Of a stretch of 64,000 nucleotides of DNA, positions 25,867-36,292 are shown one piece after another. The first letter of the stretch is position 1, and each line of letters opens with the position of its first letter. The notes under the pieces were generated by a model, which did no database searches, was not told the origin of the DNA, and saw only the letters and a program-made list of their open reading frames with translations. The DNA lies in contig JAVETN010000001.1 in the NCBI GenBank assembly GCA_034006035.1, forward strand, positions 280,532 to 344,531, given 5' to 3'. This stretch comes from Desulforegulaceae bacterium (GTDB lineage: Bacteria; Desulfobacterota; Desulfobacteria; Desulfobacterales; JACKCP01). A program made the position numbers and the translations under genes.

Positions 25867-28068
25867 ATGGCAAACAATGCTTTTGATATAAAAAATGAAC
25901 TTTTAGCCCTTTCAGGTGAACTTAATGAAGTTTATTCAACCTATCTTAAATCAGAAGACAAATCAGGGCTTGAAGAGTTTGAAAAGATTAATGAATTTTT
26001 TAGTTTAATAAATAAAAATATCAAAGATCAGGTTTTAAAAATTGCTGTTGTTGGTGCAATAAAGTCTGGAAAAAGTACTTTTATAAACTCCTTTTTGAAA
26101 TCAGATTTTTTGAAAAGGGGAGCAGGAGTAATGACTTCTGTTGTAACTAGAGTAATGGCTGGAGAGAAAAAAAGAGCTGTTGTTTCTTTTAAAACCATTG
26201 ATGAAATAAATAATGATATAAAAAAATCTGTTGTCCTTCTTCCTGAATTTGAAAACAATGGAAATTTTGATGATTTCGATATAAGAGACAGTGATTCAAG
26301 AGCAAGGCTTGACAGGGTTTTGCTTGAACTTAAAAATGAACACCTTGTAACCAAAGATTCACGGGAAGCAAAAAGTGTTTATCTTCAGTCCTATCTTCAA
26401 GGTTATGAAAAACTTAAAAATATTCTTGAAAAGGGTGATTTTGAGTTTTTTGGGGAAAACTTTGACGAATACAAGAATTTTGCAAGTCAGGAACCTTTGG
26501 CTGTTTATGTTAAGGATATTTATGTTGAAATACCAGGGAATGCAATTGAAGAAAAAACTGAAATAGCAGATTGTCAGGGAAGTGATTCTACCAATCCTCA
26601 CCATATAGCACGTATTCAGGATTATCTTTTAAAGACAAATTTTATAATTTATCTTGTAAGCACAAGAACAGGCTTAAGACAGGCTGATATAATATTTTTG
26701 AATATGTTGAAAAAAATGGGGCTTACAGGGCAATCTGTTTTTGTATTAAATGCTGATTTGTCAGAACATGAAAATCTTGAAGATCTTAAAAGGGTTGAGA
26801 AAAAAACTGCTGAAGAAATTTATCTTTTAAAGCCTGGAGCCAAATATTTTACAATTTCAGCTCTTTACGAGCTTTTTAATGAAAATGAATCAAAGCTTTC
26901 TGAAAAAGACAGGTTAAGGCTTGAACAATGGAGGCTTGATCAAGCTTCTTTGCAGTTTTTAATTAAGGGGTTTAAAGATTTTAATAGTTATTTTAAAAAT
27001 GAGCTTATTCTTAAAAAGCAGTTTTTGTTTTATTCAAGTATTTCAGGAAAAATTAATGATAAAATAAAAGAATTAATTGAGCGTCTTGAAATTAAAATAA
27101 AAATTCTTGATTCAGATGCTGATTATGGTGAAAAAGACCTTATTGGGCAGACAAAAAAATTTAAGGAAGTTAAAAACATAATAATAAATACAATGGACGG
27201 TGCAAAGTCCAGGTCTGATAGAAATTTAAAAAACGAAATTGATTCCTTTTTTTCTCCTGGATCTAAAATAACAAAGATGATCTTTGATTTCATTAGATCA
27301 TACAGGGGAGATCTAAATAAATATATTGTTAAAACCGGAGAAAATTCTGTTAAAGTAAATTATTTTGCCTTGTATCAGGATTTCAGGCTAAGCCTTGATA
27401 ACTTTGTAACAAGGGAGATAAATCCTTATGTAATATCTTTTATAAAAGAAAAGGAAAAAGAAATTGTTTCATACTATTATGAGCTTTCAAAATCCTATGA
27501 GTATATGGTTTATGAAACAAGAAGTAATTTTCAAAAAGCCATAGGAAAAGAGCCTGGGAAGTTTGGAACCAATATTGTTTCACCAGAAAATTTTACTTTT
27601 GAGCAATTCTTTGAAATTCCTTCTGCCTTTGATTCTTTAAATTATAATGTTGCCTTAAGAAGCAATGCTATGGCTGGCTCTGGAATGGTTTTTTTGAAAA
27701 ACTTAATGAGCAGATTTTTTAAGCCAAAAACCTCTCTAAAAGATCAAACTCTTAAAATAATTGAAAAAAGCCTTGTAAAAATAAAAAAAGAAACAGAGTC
27801 ATCTCTTAAAGATCATTTTTTAAATTACAGGGAAAATTTAAAATTTCAGTATATTCTTAAATTTTCCAGGCAGGTAATGGAATTTTACTCTAAAAACCTT
27901 ATTCAATCTCTAGATTCCTATGTAAGTGATTTCTCAGATATTTTAGATATGATGGAAGAAAACAAAGAAGCAAGAGAGGCTTTCCTGGAGGAGCTGAGGA
28001 TAATTGAAGCTAGATGTGTGAGTTTGGGTAAAAAGGCGGAAGATATTAATAAGCGGCTGAATTTTTAG
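25867..28068 (+). CDS. Dynamin-family large GTPase (bacterial dynamin-like protein)
   Basis: P-loop GAIKSGKST, switch-like GVMTSVVT, DxxG (ADCQGSDS) and VLNAD, followed by ~450 aa of K/E-rich helical stalk. Start moved to ATG 25867; the listed TTG 25852 adds MWRIF. Confidence 0.7.
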   Translation: MANNAFDIKNELLALSGELNEVYSTYLKSEDKSGLEEFEKINEFFSLINKNIKDQVLKIAVVGAIKSGKSTFINSFLKSDFLKRGAGVMTSVVTRVMAGEKKRAVVSFKTIDEINNDIKKSVVLLPEFENNGNFDDFDIRDSDSRARLDRVLLELKNEHLVTKDSREAKSVYLQSYLQGYEKLKNILEKGDFEFFGENFDEYKNFASQEPLAVYVKDIYVEIPGNAIEEKTEIADCQGSDSTNPHHIARIQDYLLKTNFIIYLVSTRTGLRQADIIFLNMLKKMGLTGQSVFVLNADLSEHENLEDLKRVEKKTAEEIYLLKPGAKYFTISALYELFNENESKLSEKDRLRLEQWRLDQASLQFLIKGFKDFNSYFKNELILKKQFLFYSSISGKINDKIKELIERLEIKIKILDSDADYGEKDLIGQTKKFKEVKNIIINTMDGAKSRSDRNLKNEIDSFFSPGSKITKMIFDFIRSYRGDLNKYIVKTGENSVKVNYFALYQDFRLSLDNFVTREINPYVISFIKEKEKEIVSYYYELSKSYEYMVYETRSNFQKAIGKEPGKFGTNIVSPENFTFEQFFEIPSAFDSLNYNVALRSNAMAGSGMVFLKNLMSRFFKPKTSLKDQTLKIIEKSLVKIKKETESSLKDHFLNYRENLKFQYILKFSRQVMEFYSKNLIQSLDSYVSDFSDILDMMEENKEAREAFLEELRIIEARCVSLGKKAEDINKRLNF

Positions 28069-28100
28069 GGTTTGCTGACTGCTTGATTTTAGCATCAGGT

Positions 28101-28739
28101 TTAGACAGCTATGTTTAAAAATTTCCCTGGCTTGCTGGAATTATCATCATGATTTAAGTAAGTTTTTGCAATTTCTGATGGAACTTTTTCATCGTTTTTT
28201 TCAAGGCCAGATTTTTCAAGCTGGATTTTTATTAATTCTTCACTGGCCTTGATCCTGGTTGAAGATGCTCTTGATGCTATTGCCCTGTCAGAGCCTGAAG
28301 GGTTGGCCGGAGCAAGGGCAGCACTTCTTACTGTATCCATTTTTCTTATGGTGGCTTCTGGGTTTCCGGGTATGGGGGAGGTGTCTATTAACACATCGCC
28401 GCCTATGGCATATAAAATTCCGTCGGGCCCTTTTTGATATTCATAGTTTGCCCCGCGTTTTATATATGGCCCGCCTGCTGCAACATGAGCCATTTCATGG
28501 TCTCTTACTTCCTGATCCCTTGATTTCAGCTCTTCTATAATTTTTTGTTCATAGGGAGTAAAATCATCTTTTGATGTTTTAATTTTTTTTTCTGGAGAGC
28601 TGTCTTTTGTATTGGTTGAAGACTTGGAAAGTTTGGAGTTGTTTTCAGATGAAACAGATTTGTTGTCACTGTATTTTTCAGTGTTTAAGCAAGGGGTAAA
28701 ATTTTGGGATAAAGAAGTATTTATATTCATTTTATTCAC
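28101..28739 (-). CDS. SprA-related family protein (putative HExxH-like metalloprotein)
   Basis: The core QEVRDHEMAHVAAGGPYIKRGANYEYQKGPDGILYAIGGDVLIDTSPIPGNPEATIRKMDTVRSAALAPANPSGSD matches the SprA-related (PF12118-type) pattern as I recall it. The N-terminus is low-complexity and S/K-rich. Confidence 0.6.
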   Translation of the reverse strand: MNKMNINTSLSQNFTPCLNTEKYSDNKSVSSENNSKLSKSSTNTKDSSPEKKIKTSKDDFTPYEQKIIEELKSRDQEVRDHEMAHVAAGGPYIKRGANYEYQKGPDGILYAIGGDVLIDTSPIPGNPEATIRKMDTVRSAALAPANPSGSDRAIASRASSTRIKASEELIKIQLEKSGLEKNDEKVPSEIAKTYLNHDDNSSKPGKFLNIAV

Positions 28740-28933
28740 CTTTACAAACTATATAAGTTTTTTGATAATAAGTAAATAAAAACTGATAAACTTGGGAACT
28801 CATTGTTTTTTATTGATGTTTTTGGGATTAAACTTTAAATTTTATGATTCCCTGTAAATTTAATTCCCCTGTTTTTAAGCACTTAAATGTGGTAATTAGT
28901 AAAAAATAAAAATAAATAAAATGGTGTATCTAA

Positions 28934-29449
28934 ATGAATAAAGAAGTAAATAATTCAATGGAAAATCAAATTGCAAATTCTCTTTTTTCATATTCTGTTT
29001 CAAGGGATGATTTGAAAACTCTTGCAAAGGAAATCATTGAAAATACAGATGCAGAAGAGCAAACCCTTTTATATGAGCTTCAGATTTTAAAAATCATAAC
29101 CACAGGAGTGTCAATAAATTATCTTATTAAATCCTTGGAAAAAAAGAATGAAATATCAAAGTTTTACTGGGAGTATATTCTTGAATTTTCAAAAAGTGTG
29201 ACAGAGGCTGCAAAATCATATTCAAATGTTGACATTGACTATTTTAAAGTAATCAAAGATAAACTTGATTATTATTTGGAAAAATTATCAGAAAATAAAA
29301 ATGCCCCTGAACCTGCTTCTGTAATAGGCCCGGCTTTTGCTACCCAGTGCTCAATGGAAGAAAATGTGTTTACAATTCTTGGAGGAGCAAAGCTTTACAA
29401 GGGAGTTATGGCTGGACTTAAAGCCTATTATGAAAAAGAGGGGATATGA
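28934..29449 (+). CDS. Hypothetical protein (171 aa, predicted helical)
   Basis: The ORF has plausible codon usage and a clear intergenic context, but no recognisable motif. Confidence 0.4.
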   Translation: MNKEVNNSMENQIANSLFSYSVSRDDLKTLAKEIIENTDAEEQTLLYELQILKIITTGVSINYLIKSLEKKNEISKFYWEYILEFSKSVTEAAKSYSNVDIDYFKVIKDKLDYYLEKLSENKNAPEPASVIGPAFATQCSMEENVFTILGGAKLYKGVMAGLKAYYEKEGI

Positions 29450-29530
29450 AATAGTTTATATTAAAAACTTTTAGTTTAGGTCTTGTTTAGATAAATATTT
29501 ATTTAATTTGAAAGAATATAGGAATTTTTT

Positions 29531-30112
29531 ATGGAAAGAAAAGCAGAAATAAAAAGAACAACCAATGAAACAGATATTCACATTGTTTTTGGGCTTGGGG
29601 GTAAAGTAAATTCGGAAATTTCAACAGGAATTCCTTTTTTTGATCATATGCTGAATCTTTTTACTGTTCATGGAGGTTTTGATCTTAAAATAAAGGCAAA
29701 AGGCGATATTGAAATTGATAATCACCATACTGTGGAAGATATTGGAATAGCTTTGGGTGAAGCTTTTAAAAAAGCAATTGGAGATAAAAAGGGAATAGCA
29801 AGGTATGGTAATTTCTTTATTCCCATGGATGAAACTTTGGCAAATATTGCCTTGGATATTTCAAACAGGCCTTATCTGGTTTTTAATATTCCAGAGGTCA
29901 TTCGTGCAAAAGGCCCTTTTTCGCCATATCTTGCCAAGGAGTTTTTCAGGGCATTTGCTGTTCACTCTGGAATCACTCTTCATATAAATGTTCCTTATGG
30001 TGAAAATGAGCATCATATCCTGGAAGCAATTTTTAAAGGGTTTGGAAAAAGCCTTTCCATGGCTTGTAAAATAGAGTCTGATATTATTCCTTCAACCAAA
30101 GGGGTTTTATAG
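29531..30112 (+). CDS. hisB: Imidazoleglycerol-phosphate dehydratase
   Basis: RKAEIKRTTNETDI, FFDHML, DNHHTVEDIGIALG and HHILEAIFKGFG are the canonical IGPD metal-binding motifs. 193 aa. Confidence 0.95.
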   Translation: MERKAEIKRTTNETDIHIVFGLGGKVNSEISTGIPFFDHMLNLFTVHGGFDLKIKAKGDIEIDNHHTVEDIGIALGEAFKKAIGDKKGIARYGNFFIPMDETLANIALDISNRPYLVFNIPEVIRAKGPFSPYLAKEFFRAFAVHSGITLHINVPYGENEHHILEAIFKGFGKSLSMACKIESDIIPSTKGVL

Positions 30113-30220
30113 TAAGCTGAAAACTTCAGGTTCTTTAATTAAAAAAGCCTGATTTTTGGTGGTAGGTTTAATTGTTTGACAAAAAATGATTAACTTAAAC
30201 TGAGCCTAATTATTAAAAAT

Positions 30221-30264
30221 AAGCCCTGAGGCAATTATCTTGTTGTTTCAGGGTTTTAATTTTG
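30221..30264 (+). terminator. Candidate terminator downstream of hisB
   Basis: aagccctga (30221-30229) pairs with tcagggttt (30248-30256) across an 18-nt loop, followed by ttttaatttt. Confidence 0.45.
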
Positions 30265-30419
30265 TTGTCTAATTTAAAGTTTGACTTTAAGTCAGCGTGT
30301 ATGATTAAATATAAAGGTTTATGCAGATTTTTTAAGTTTGGATAACCAAACTTAAGTAATCTAAGGTTTTAATTTTTTATTTTAAATTTTTAATAGGCCG
30401 AAGAAGTGGGGTTTGAATC

Positions 30420-32066
30420 TTGTTTATTCCTGAAACGGTCATTTCCGAAATTTTAAACTCAGTAAATATTGTAGATTTTATATCCCAATACCTAAATCTG
30501 AAAAAATCGGGCAGAAATTATCTTGGTCTCTGCCCTTTTCATTCGGAAAAAACACCTTCATTTTCAGTTTCTCCGGAAAAAAATATTTTTTATTGTTTTG
30601 GCTGCGGAGAAGGGGGAAATGTTTTTTCATTTTTAATGAAGTATGAAAATCTGTCTTTTCCTGAAGCTGCAAGAGCAATTGCAGAGCAATACAATATTGC
30701 TATACCAGAAACTTCTTCAGGTTCAAAAAGTGTAAAAGCTAAAAGTTTAAGGCAGGATATTTTAAAAACAAATAAAAAGACAGCTGGTTATTATCACCAT
30801 ATTTTAAAAAAATCTTTGGCTGGTAATTCAGGGCTTGAATATTTAAAAAAAAGAAAAATTCCAGATGAAGTAATAGACTTGTTCATGCTTGGAATGGCAC
30901 CTGAGGGCTGGGGTAATCTTAATTCTTTTTTAAGGCAGGAAAAAATTTCCGAGGAAGTTCAAAAAGCTGCAGGCCTTATAATAGAAAAAAAATCAGGCAA
31001 TGGCTGTTACGACAGGTTCAGGGAAAGAATAATTTTTCCCATTTCGGATCAAAGAGGAAATATTGTCGGTTTTGGAGGAAGAACTCTTGGAGATGGGCTG
31101 CCTAAATATCTTAATTCACCTGAAACTGTTGTTTATAATAAGAGCAGCTCCTTATACGGGCTTTATCAGGCAAGGGAAGATTGCAGGAAAGAAAATCTGA
31201 TTTATATTGTTGAAGGCTATCTTGATGTTTTAGCCCTTAATAAATCAGGAATCAAAAATTGTGCTGCATCCCTTGGAACTTCCTTGACTTCCAACCATGT
31301 GAAAACACTCAAAGGATATGTTGAGAAAATGGTTCTTGTTTATGACGGTGACGAGGCAGGGGTAAGAGCTGCTGCAAGAAGTCTTGAGGTTTTTGCAAAC
31401 GAGGAGGCGGATGTTTCAGTACTTATTCTTCCAGATAAAATGGATCCTGATGATTTTATAAACACTTATGGCCCTGAAAAATTCAGAGAAGCTGCTTTGG
31501 AGTCTAAGGAAGCCATAGATTTTATAACAGGATACTATCTTAAAATTCATGGGAGTACAATTGAGGGAAAAATAAAGGTTGTTTCAGCAATTGAAGATTT
31601 CATGAAAAAAATAAAAGATCCTGTTACCAAAGCTCTTTATACAAAAAGAGTTTCTCAGGTTCTTGGTATTGAGGAAAGAGCTCTTTTGGAAAGATTTGAA
31701 CCAAAGGATTTGAAGGCTGGATTTACCCAGGATTTATCGGTTTCTACCAATATAAGTTCTGAATATTTGAGAATGGAAGTTTCTCTTTTGGCTGCTTTAG
31801 TTGATCTTCCTCAATTAAAAAATGTTTTTATTAAAAAAAAAATTGCCGATAAAATTACCAATGAATCAGTTAAGCAATCAATTCTTAAAATTTTAGACAG
31901 GGGAGAAAATCTTAATTCAATGACTGATATTGAAAGTGAAATTGAACCTGTGCTGGCTAAATTCCGGATTGAACAGGGGGAGTGGAGTGAAAGGTCAGCA
32001 AAAATGCTTTTAGCCCAGTTTGAGCATCTGTGTAAAAGGAAAAAAGTTGGATTGAGCGTTTTTTGA
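30420..32066 (+). CDS. dnaG: DNA primase
   Basis: Zinc finger CPFHSEKTPSFSVSPEKNIFYCFGCGEGGN and TOPRIM motifs EGYLDVL and YDGDEAG. TTG start. The gene precedes rpoD, as in the classical dnaG-rpoD arrangement. Confidence 0.95.
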   Translation: MFIPETVISEILNSVNIVDFISQYLNLKKSGRNYLGLCPFHSEKTPSFSVSPEKNIFYCFGCGEGGNVFSFLMKYENLSFPEAARAIAEQYNIAIPETSSGSKSVKAKSLRQDILKTNKKTAGYYHHILKKSLAGNSGLEYLKKRKIPDEVIDLFMLGMAPEGWGNLNSFLRQEKISEEVQKAAGLIIEKKSGNGCYDRFRERIIFPISDQRGNIVGFGGRTLGDGLPKYLNSPETVVYNKSSSLYGLYQAREDCRKENLIYIVEGYLDVLALNKSGIKNCAASLGTSLTSNHVKTLKGYVEKMVLVYDGDEAGVRAAARSLEVFANEEADVSVLILPDKMDPDDFINTYGPEKFREAALESKEAIDFITGYYLKIHGSTIEGKIKVVSAIEDFMKKIKDPVTKALYTKRVSQVLGIEERALLERFEPKDLKAGFTQDLSVSTNISSEYLRMEVSLLAALVDLPQLKNVFIKKKIADKITNESVKQSILKILDRGENLNSMTDIESEIEPVLAKFRIEQGEWSERSAKMLLAQFEHLCKRKKVGLSVF

Positions 32067-32215
32067 TGTTGATTTAAGGTTAAAAGTTCTTATTTTATCT
32101 TATTAATCTTTAAATTAAAGCTGGAGGCTATGGATAAATCCGTCTTTATTTTATTAAAATATAAATTTTGCAAATTAAACCGGGCTTATGGTAAACGACG
32201 AGCAGGAGGATATAA

Positions 32216-34048
32216 ATGACCCAAAAAAATGATAAATCAAAAGCATCTAAAAAAAAGGAGCTTCGGGAGCTTATTGACAAAGGCAGAGAAGAGGGGCTTT
32301 TGACCTATGATGATATTTATGAAGTTCTTCCAGAAGATACTATTACTCCTGAACAGATGGAGTCTATTCTCGAGACGTTTACCGAATTAAAAATTGAGAT
32401 AGTTGATAATAAAAAAGTTAAGGCTGATTCAAAAAAAACAGGAGCAAAGTCAGGTTCCTTAAAAAGCAGTAAAAGCTCTGATAAAAAATCTAAAGAAGCA
32501 GAAGAAATACTTAAGCTTGCAAGGGCTAATTTTAATCCTGATGATACAGATAAAAATTTTGGTGCAGTTACAGATCCTGTGAAGATGTATTTAAGGGAAA
32601 TGGGGCTTGTAACTCTTTTAAGCCGTGAAGGTGAAATAGAAATAGCCAAAAAAATAGAAAGTGGTGAGTGTGAGGTTTTAAAAGCTATGCTTGCTACAAC
32701 CATGGGCATTGATATGTTTTTGTCCTATGCTAAAAGGGTTAAAAACGGAGAGCTTAGAGCTAAAAATATTTTAAGGGATGTAGATGAGGGCGATATTGAA
32801 GGCGATGAAAATGAGAATATCACTTCATTTATCGCTATGATTGAAGAAGTTTTGACTGTTTATGACGAAAACGAAAAGCTCAAGGAGTCTCTTTTTGTAG
32901 AAGGAATTGAAAGAGACGAAAAAAAGAAGATAAGAAGAAATATATCAAGAAGAAATGAAAAAATTTATGAACTTGTAAAGGATTGGCGTCTGGAAGGTTC
33001 AATCCTTGATAAAATGGAAAGCAGTATCAGGCATCAGATTAAATGGTATGAAAATATGAATCAGGTCTTAAGTGATTGTGCCGGTGTTCTTGGTGTAAAT
33101 ATAACTGATTTTAGAGAGATGATTGGGAAAGGTGAAAAAAAGTTTGTCAGCTGGGGTAAGGATAGATCCAGGTTTGCAGAAGATGAGCTTGAAATGCTGT
33201 ATAGAGATTGTGTAATGCTTCAGGAAGGCATCGGCTTGAGGGAATATAAAATCAAGGCAAGTTCAAGGCAGCTGAAAAAAGTTCTTTCCGAGGTTGATTT
33301 GGGAAGAATTTTTGCCAGAAAAGCTAAAAGTGAACTTGTAAGAGCAAACCTAAGACTTGTTGTGAGTATAGCAAAAAAATATACAAACAGAGGTCTTCAG
33401 TTTCTTGATCTTATTCAGGAAGGCAATATCGGTCTTATGAAGGCTGTTGATAAGTTTGAGTATAGAAGGGGCTACAAGTTCAGCACTTATGCAACCTGGT
33501 GGATAAGACAGGCTATAACAAGAGCCATTGCAGATCAGGCCAGGACAATAAGAATCCCTGTTCATATGATAGAAACAATAAATAAGCTTATAAGAACCTC
33601 AAGATATCTTGTTCAGGAACTTGGAAGAGAACCCACTCCTGATGAAATTGCAGAAAAAATGGAAATTCCTGTGGTCAAGGTAAGAAAAGTACTCAAAATT
33701 GCAAGGGAACCTATTTCTCTTGAAACTCCAATAGGTGAAGAGGAAGATAGTCATCTTGGAGACTTTATTGAGGACAAGAAGTTTGTTCTTCCTTCTGATG
33801 CTGCAATTAACATGAATTTGTCAGATCAGACAAGAAAAGTGCTTGCCACTCTTACTCCAAGGGAAGAAAAAGTTTTAAGAATGAGATTTGGAATAGGTGA
33901 AAAAGCTGATCATACCCTTGAAGAAGTTGGAAAAGATTTTTCAGTGACAAGGGAAAGAATAAGGCAGATAGAAGCTAAGGCTTTGAGGAAATTAAGACAT
34001 CCCACAAGAAGTAAAAAACTTAAAAGCTTTATTGAAATCGGGGAATAA
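32216..34048 (+). CDS. rpoD: RNA polymerase primary sigma factor
   Basis: Region 2 is [71 protein letters not shown]. Region 4 is [30 protein letters not shown]. 610 aa. Confidence 0.97.
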   Translation: MTQKNDKSKASKKKELRELIDKGREEGLLTYDDIYEVLPEDTITPEQMESILETFTELKIEIVDNKKVKADSKKTGAKSGSLKSSKSSDKKSKEAEEILKLARANFNPDDTDKNFGAVTDPVKMYLREMGLVTLLSREGEIEIAKKIESGECEVLKAMLATTMGIDMFLSYAKRVKNGELRAKNILRDVDEGDIEGDENENITSFIAMIEEVLTVYDENEKLKESLFVEGIERDEKKKIRRNISRRNEKIYELVKDWRLEGSILDKMESSIRHQIKWYENMNQVLSDCAGVLGVNITDFREMIGKGEKKFVSWGKDRSRFAEDELEMLYRDCVMLQEGIGLREYKIKASSRQLKKVLSEVDLGRIFARKAKSELVRANLRLVVSIAKKYTNRGLQFLDLIQEGNIGLMKAVDKFEYRRGYKFSTYATWWIRQAITRAIADQARTIRIPVHMIETINKLIRTSRYLVQELGREPTPDEIAEKMEIPVVKVRKVLKIAREPISLETPIGEEEDSHLGDFIEDKKFVLPSDAAINMNLSDQTRKVLATLTPREEKVLRMRFGIGEKADHTLEEVGKDFSVTRERIRQIEAKALRKLRHPTRSKKLKSFIEIGE

Positions 34049-34099
34049 ATTTCTTGACATCAAAGCTTACAAAAGCTATATAGCTAGAGTTTTCATTTG

Positions 34100-34175
34100 G
34101 GGCCCATAGCTCAGCTGGAAGAGCCATCGGCTCATAACCGATAGGTCCCTGGTTCGAACCCAGGTGGGCCCACCA
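34100..34175 (+). tRNA. tRNA with CAT anticodon (elongator Met or lysidine-type Ile2), CCA encoded
   Basis: Acceptor GGGCCCA/TGGGCCC, D-arm GCTC/GAGC, anticodon stem ATCGG/CCGAT with loop CT-CAT-AA, and T-arm CCTGG-TTCGAAC-CCAGG. The G1-C72 pair and weak anticodon stem argue against an initiator. Confidence 0.9.
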
Positions 34176-34264
34176 AAATTTGAAAATAAAGGAGTGCATT
34201 AAAGGTTTGATAAATTTGAGTAAAGAAGATTTAAAACAAATATCAAACAAGCTCTGAAATATAA

Positions 34265-34294
34265 AGCGTGGCAGATTTCTGCCACGCTTTTTTT
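34265..34294 (+). terminator. Rho-independent terminator after rpoD-tRNA
   Basis: A perfect 10-bp stem, agcgtggcag (34265-34274) with ctgccacgct (34279-34288) and a 4-nt loop, is followed by T7. Confidence 0.9.
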
Positions 34295-34312
34295 GTTTAT
34301 GGGAGTAGATTA

Positions 34313-35113
34313 ATGGGAAGTCTTAATGAAATAATGAATTTAATGGAAGAAATTGCACCTCTGGGTTTAGCCCAATCATGGGATAATTGCGGTCTTCAGG
34401 TGGGAGATCCTTTTCAGGAAATAAAGAAAATCACCATTTCTCTGGATCCTGATTGGGATTCTGTTAATAAGTCGGTTTCAAATGGTTCCAACCTTCTTAT
34501 AACCCATCATCCTCTTTTTTTTTCAAAGCTTAAATCTTTTGATTTTTCAACTGTTTTTGGAAAGCTGGTAAGAAAAGCTGTAAAAAATGATCTGGCAGTT
34601 TATTCAGCCCATACAAATCTTGACAGCGTAAGACCGGGGCTTAATGATTTCTTTTTAAAAAAATTAGGGTTTGAAGCTGGCCCTCCTATTCTTCCTTTTT
34701 CAGGTAAAGATGAAATAAATGGACTGGGACGAATTTCATATCTTGAAAATGAAGTTTTTTGTCTTGATTTTGCAGCTGAAGTTAAAAAAAAACTTAATAT
34801 TGAAACCTTAAGGATTTCAGGGTGCAATAATCTTTCTTCAAATCTAATAGGGGTTTGTACTGGAAGTGGTGCTTCTCTTATGGAAGAAGCAGCCAGGATG
34901 GGTGTAAAAATCTTTATCACCGGAGATGTCAAATACCATGAAGCTCAGCTTGCCTCAGAAATAGGTATTTGTCTTATTGATGCAGGTCATTATGGGACAG
35001 AAAAAATTGTTTGTGAGCTTTTAAAAGAAAGATTGGATATTTCCATGAAAAATTCAGGTTTAAATGTTGAAACCGAGATTTTTTATAATCAGGATGTTTT
35101 TTTTAATTTTTAA
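34313..35113 (+). CDS. Nif3-like dinuclear metal-centre protein (YbgI/GTP cyclohydrolase 1 type 2 family)
   Basis: LAQSWDNCGLQVGD, LLITHHPLFF, AHTNLD and DAGHYGTE are the NIF3 metal-ligand segments. Start moved to ATG 34313 (GGGAG SD) because the listed GTG 34268 lies inside the terminator hairpin. Confidence 0.88.
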   Translation: MGSLNEIMNLMEEIAPLGLAQSWDNCGLQVGDPFQEIKKITISLDPDWDSVNKSVSNGSNLLITHHPLFFSKLKSFDFSTVFGKLVRKAVKNDLAVYSAHTNLDSVRPGLNDFFLKKLGFEAGPPILPFSGKDEINGLGRISYLENEVFCLDFAAEVKKKLNIETLRISGCNNLSSNLIGVCTGSGASLMEEAARMGVKIFITGDVKYHEAQLASEIGICLIDAGHYGTEKIVCELLKERLDISMKNSGLNVETEIFYNQDVFFNF

Positions 35114-35133
35114 TATTTAAACAGGGTCTTATT

Positions 35134-35862
35134 ATGAATAATTCAGTGCTAGAGCAGCGCGAGCTTATGATTAAGCTTCAGAGTTATGATAAAAAAATCA
35201 TTGAGCTTGAAAAGGTCCTTGAAAAAGTCGAGGATGAAACAGGAAAGCTGGATCAAAACTTAAGAAATGAAGAATTAAAGCTTGAAGCGTTAAAGGAAGC
35301 CCGTAAGGAAAAAAAGAAGCTATACAATATGCATGAAGCTGATTTTGAATCAAATAATCAAAGAGTTGAAAAATATGAACAGCATTTGAGAAAGCTTGCA
35401 AGTCCCAAAGATTACAGAGTTCTTCAAAGGGAAGTTGATGAAACTAGAAAGCTTAATGAAGAAATTCAGGAAACTCTTTTTGCCTTGCTTGAAAAAACAG
35501 AAGAGCTTGATTTAAATATCAAGGAAAAGGAAGCTGGTTTTTCTCAGTTGAAATCTCTTATAGAATCTCAAAAAAAAGATATTGTAAAAAAGGCAGATTC
35601 TGAAGCAAAAGAAAAGCAAGATCTTGAATTAAAAAAAGCAGAAGTCTCAAAAAGTTTGAATTCAAAAATTAAAGAGATTTATTATAATACTATTCAAAAG
35701 TCAGGAGGAGTTGCAATTGTCCCTGTGGTAAATCAGGTTTGCACTGGATGTTTTTTAAGAATTCCTCCTCAGATCCTTATTGAAATCAAAAAGGCAGATG
35801 ATTTTATATATTGCCCAAGATGCCATAGAATTGTTTACCTTGAAGAAGACAGACCTATATGA
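35134..35862 (+). CDS. Coiled-coil protein with C-terminal C4 zinc ribbon (COG1579/DUF164-type)
   Basis: A long heptad-rich K/E region is followed by VCTGCFLRIPPQ..YCPRCHRIVY (CxxC..CxxC). Its position after nif3 is typical. Confidence 0.8.
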   Translation: MNNSVLEQRELMIKLQSYDKKIIELEKVLEKVEDETGKLDQNLRNEELKLEALKEARKEKKKLYNMHEADFESNNQRVEKYEQHLRKLASPKDYRVLQREVDETRKLNEEIQETLFALLEKTEELDLNIKEKEAGFSQLKSLIESQKKDIVKKADSEAKEKQDLELKKAEVSKSLNSKIKEIYYNTIQKSGGVAIVPVVNQVCTGCFLRIPPQILIEIKKADDFIYCPRCHRIVYLEEDRPI

Positions 35863-35901
35863 GCTTGATATTTTTTTTGTATTTTGATTAAATGAAATTT
35901 G

Positions 35902-36260
<359 letters not shown>

Positions 36261-36292
36261 TTTTTTTAACAATCAGGAATCAGGGGAAAAAT

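Noticed and set aside
31840-31860. Sigma28-like GCCGATAA motif
   Set aside because: It lies inside the dnaG coding sequence, has no TAAA element at the correct 15-nt spacing, and no flagellar gene lies downstream.
34029-34250. 73-aa minus-strand ORF
   Set aside because: It runs antisense through the CAT tRNA (34100-34175) and the rpoD stop region, so it is spurious.
34268-34312. GTG 34268 as the start of the Nif3-like gene
   Set aside because: That codon sits inside the 10-bp-stem terminator hairpin (34265-34294). ATG 34313 has a GGGAG SD and gives the conserved N-terminus MGSLNEIMNLMEEIAPL.
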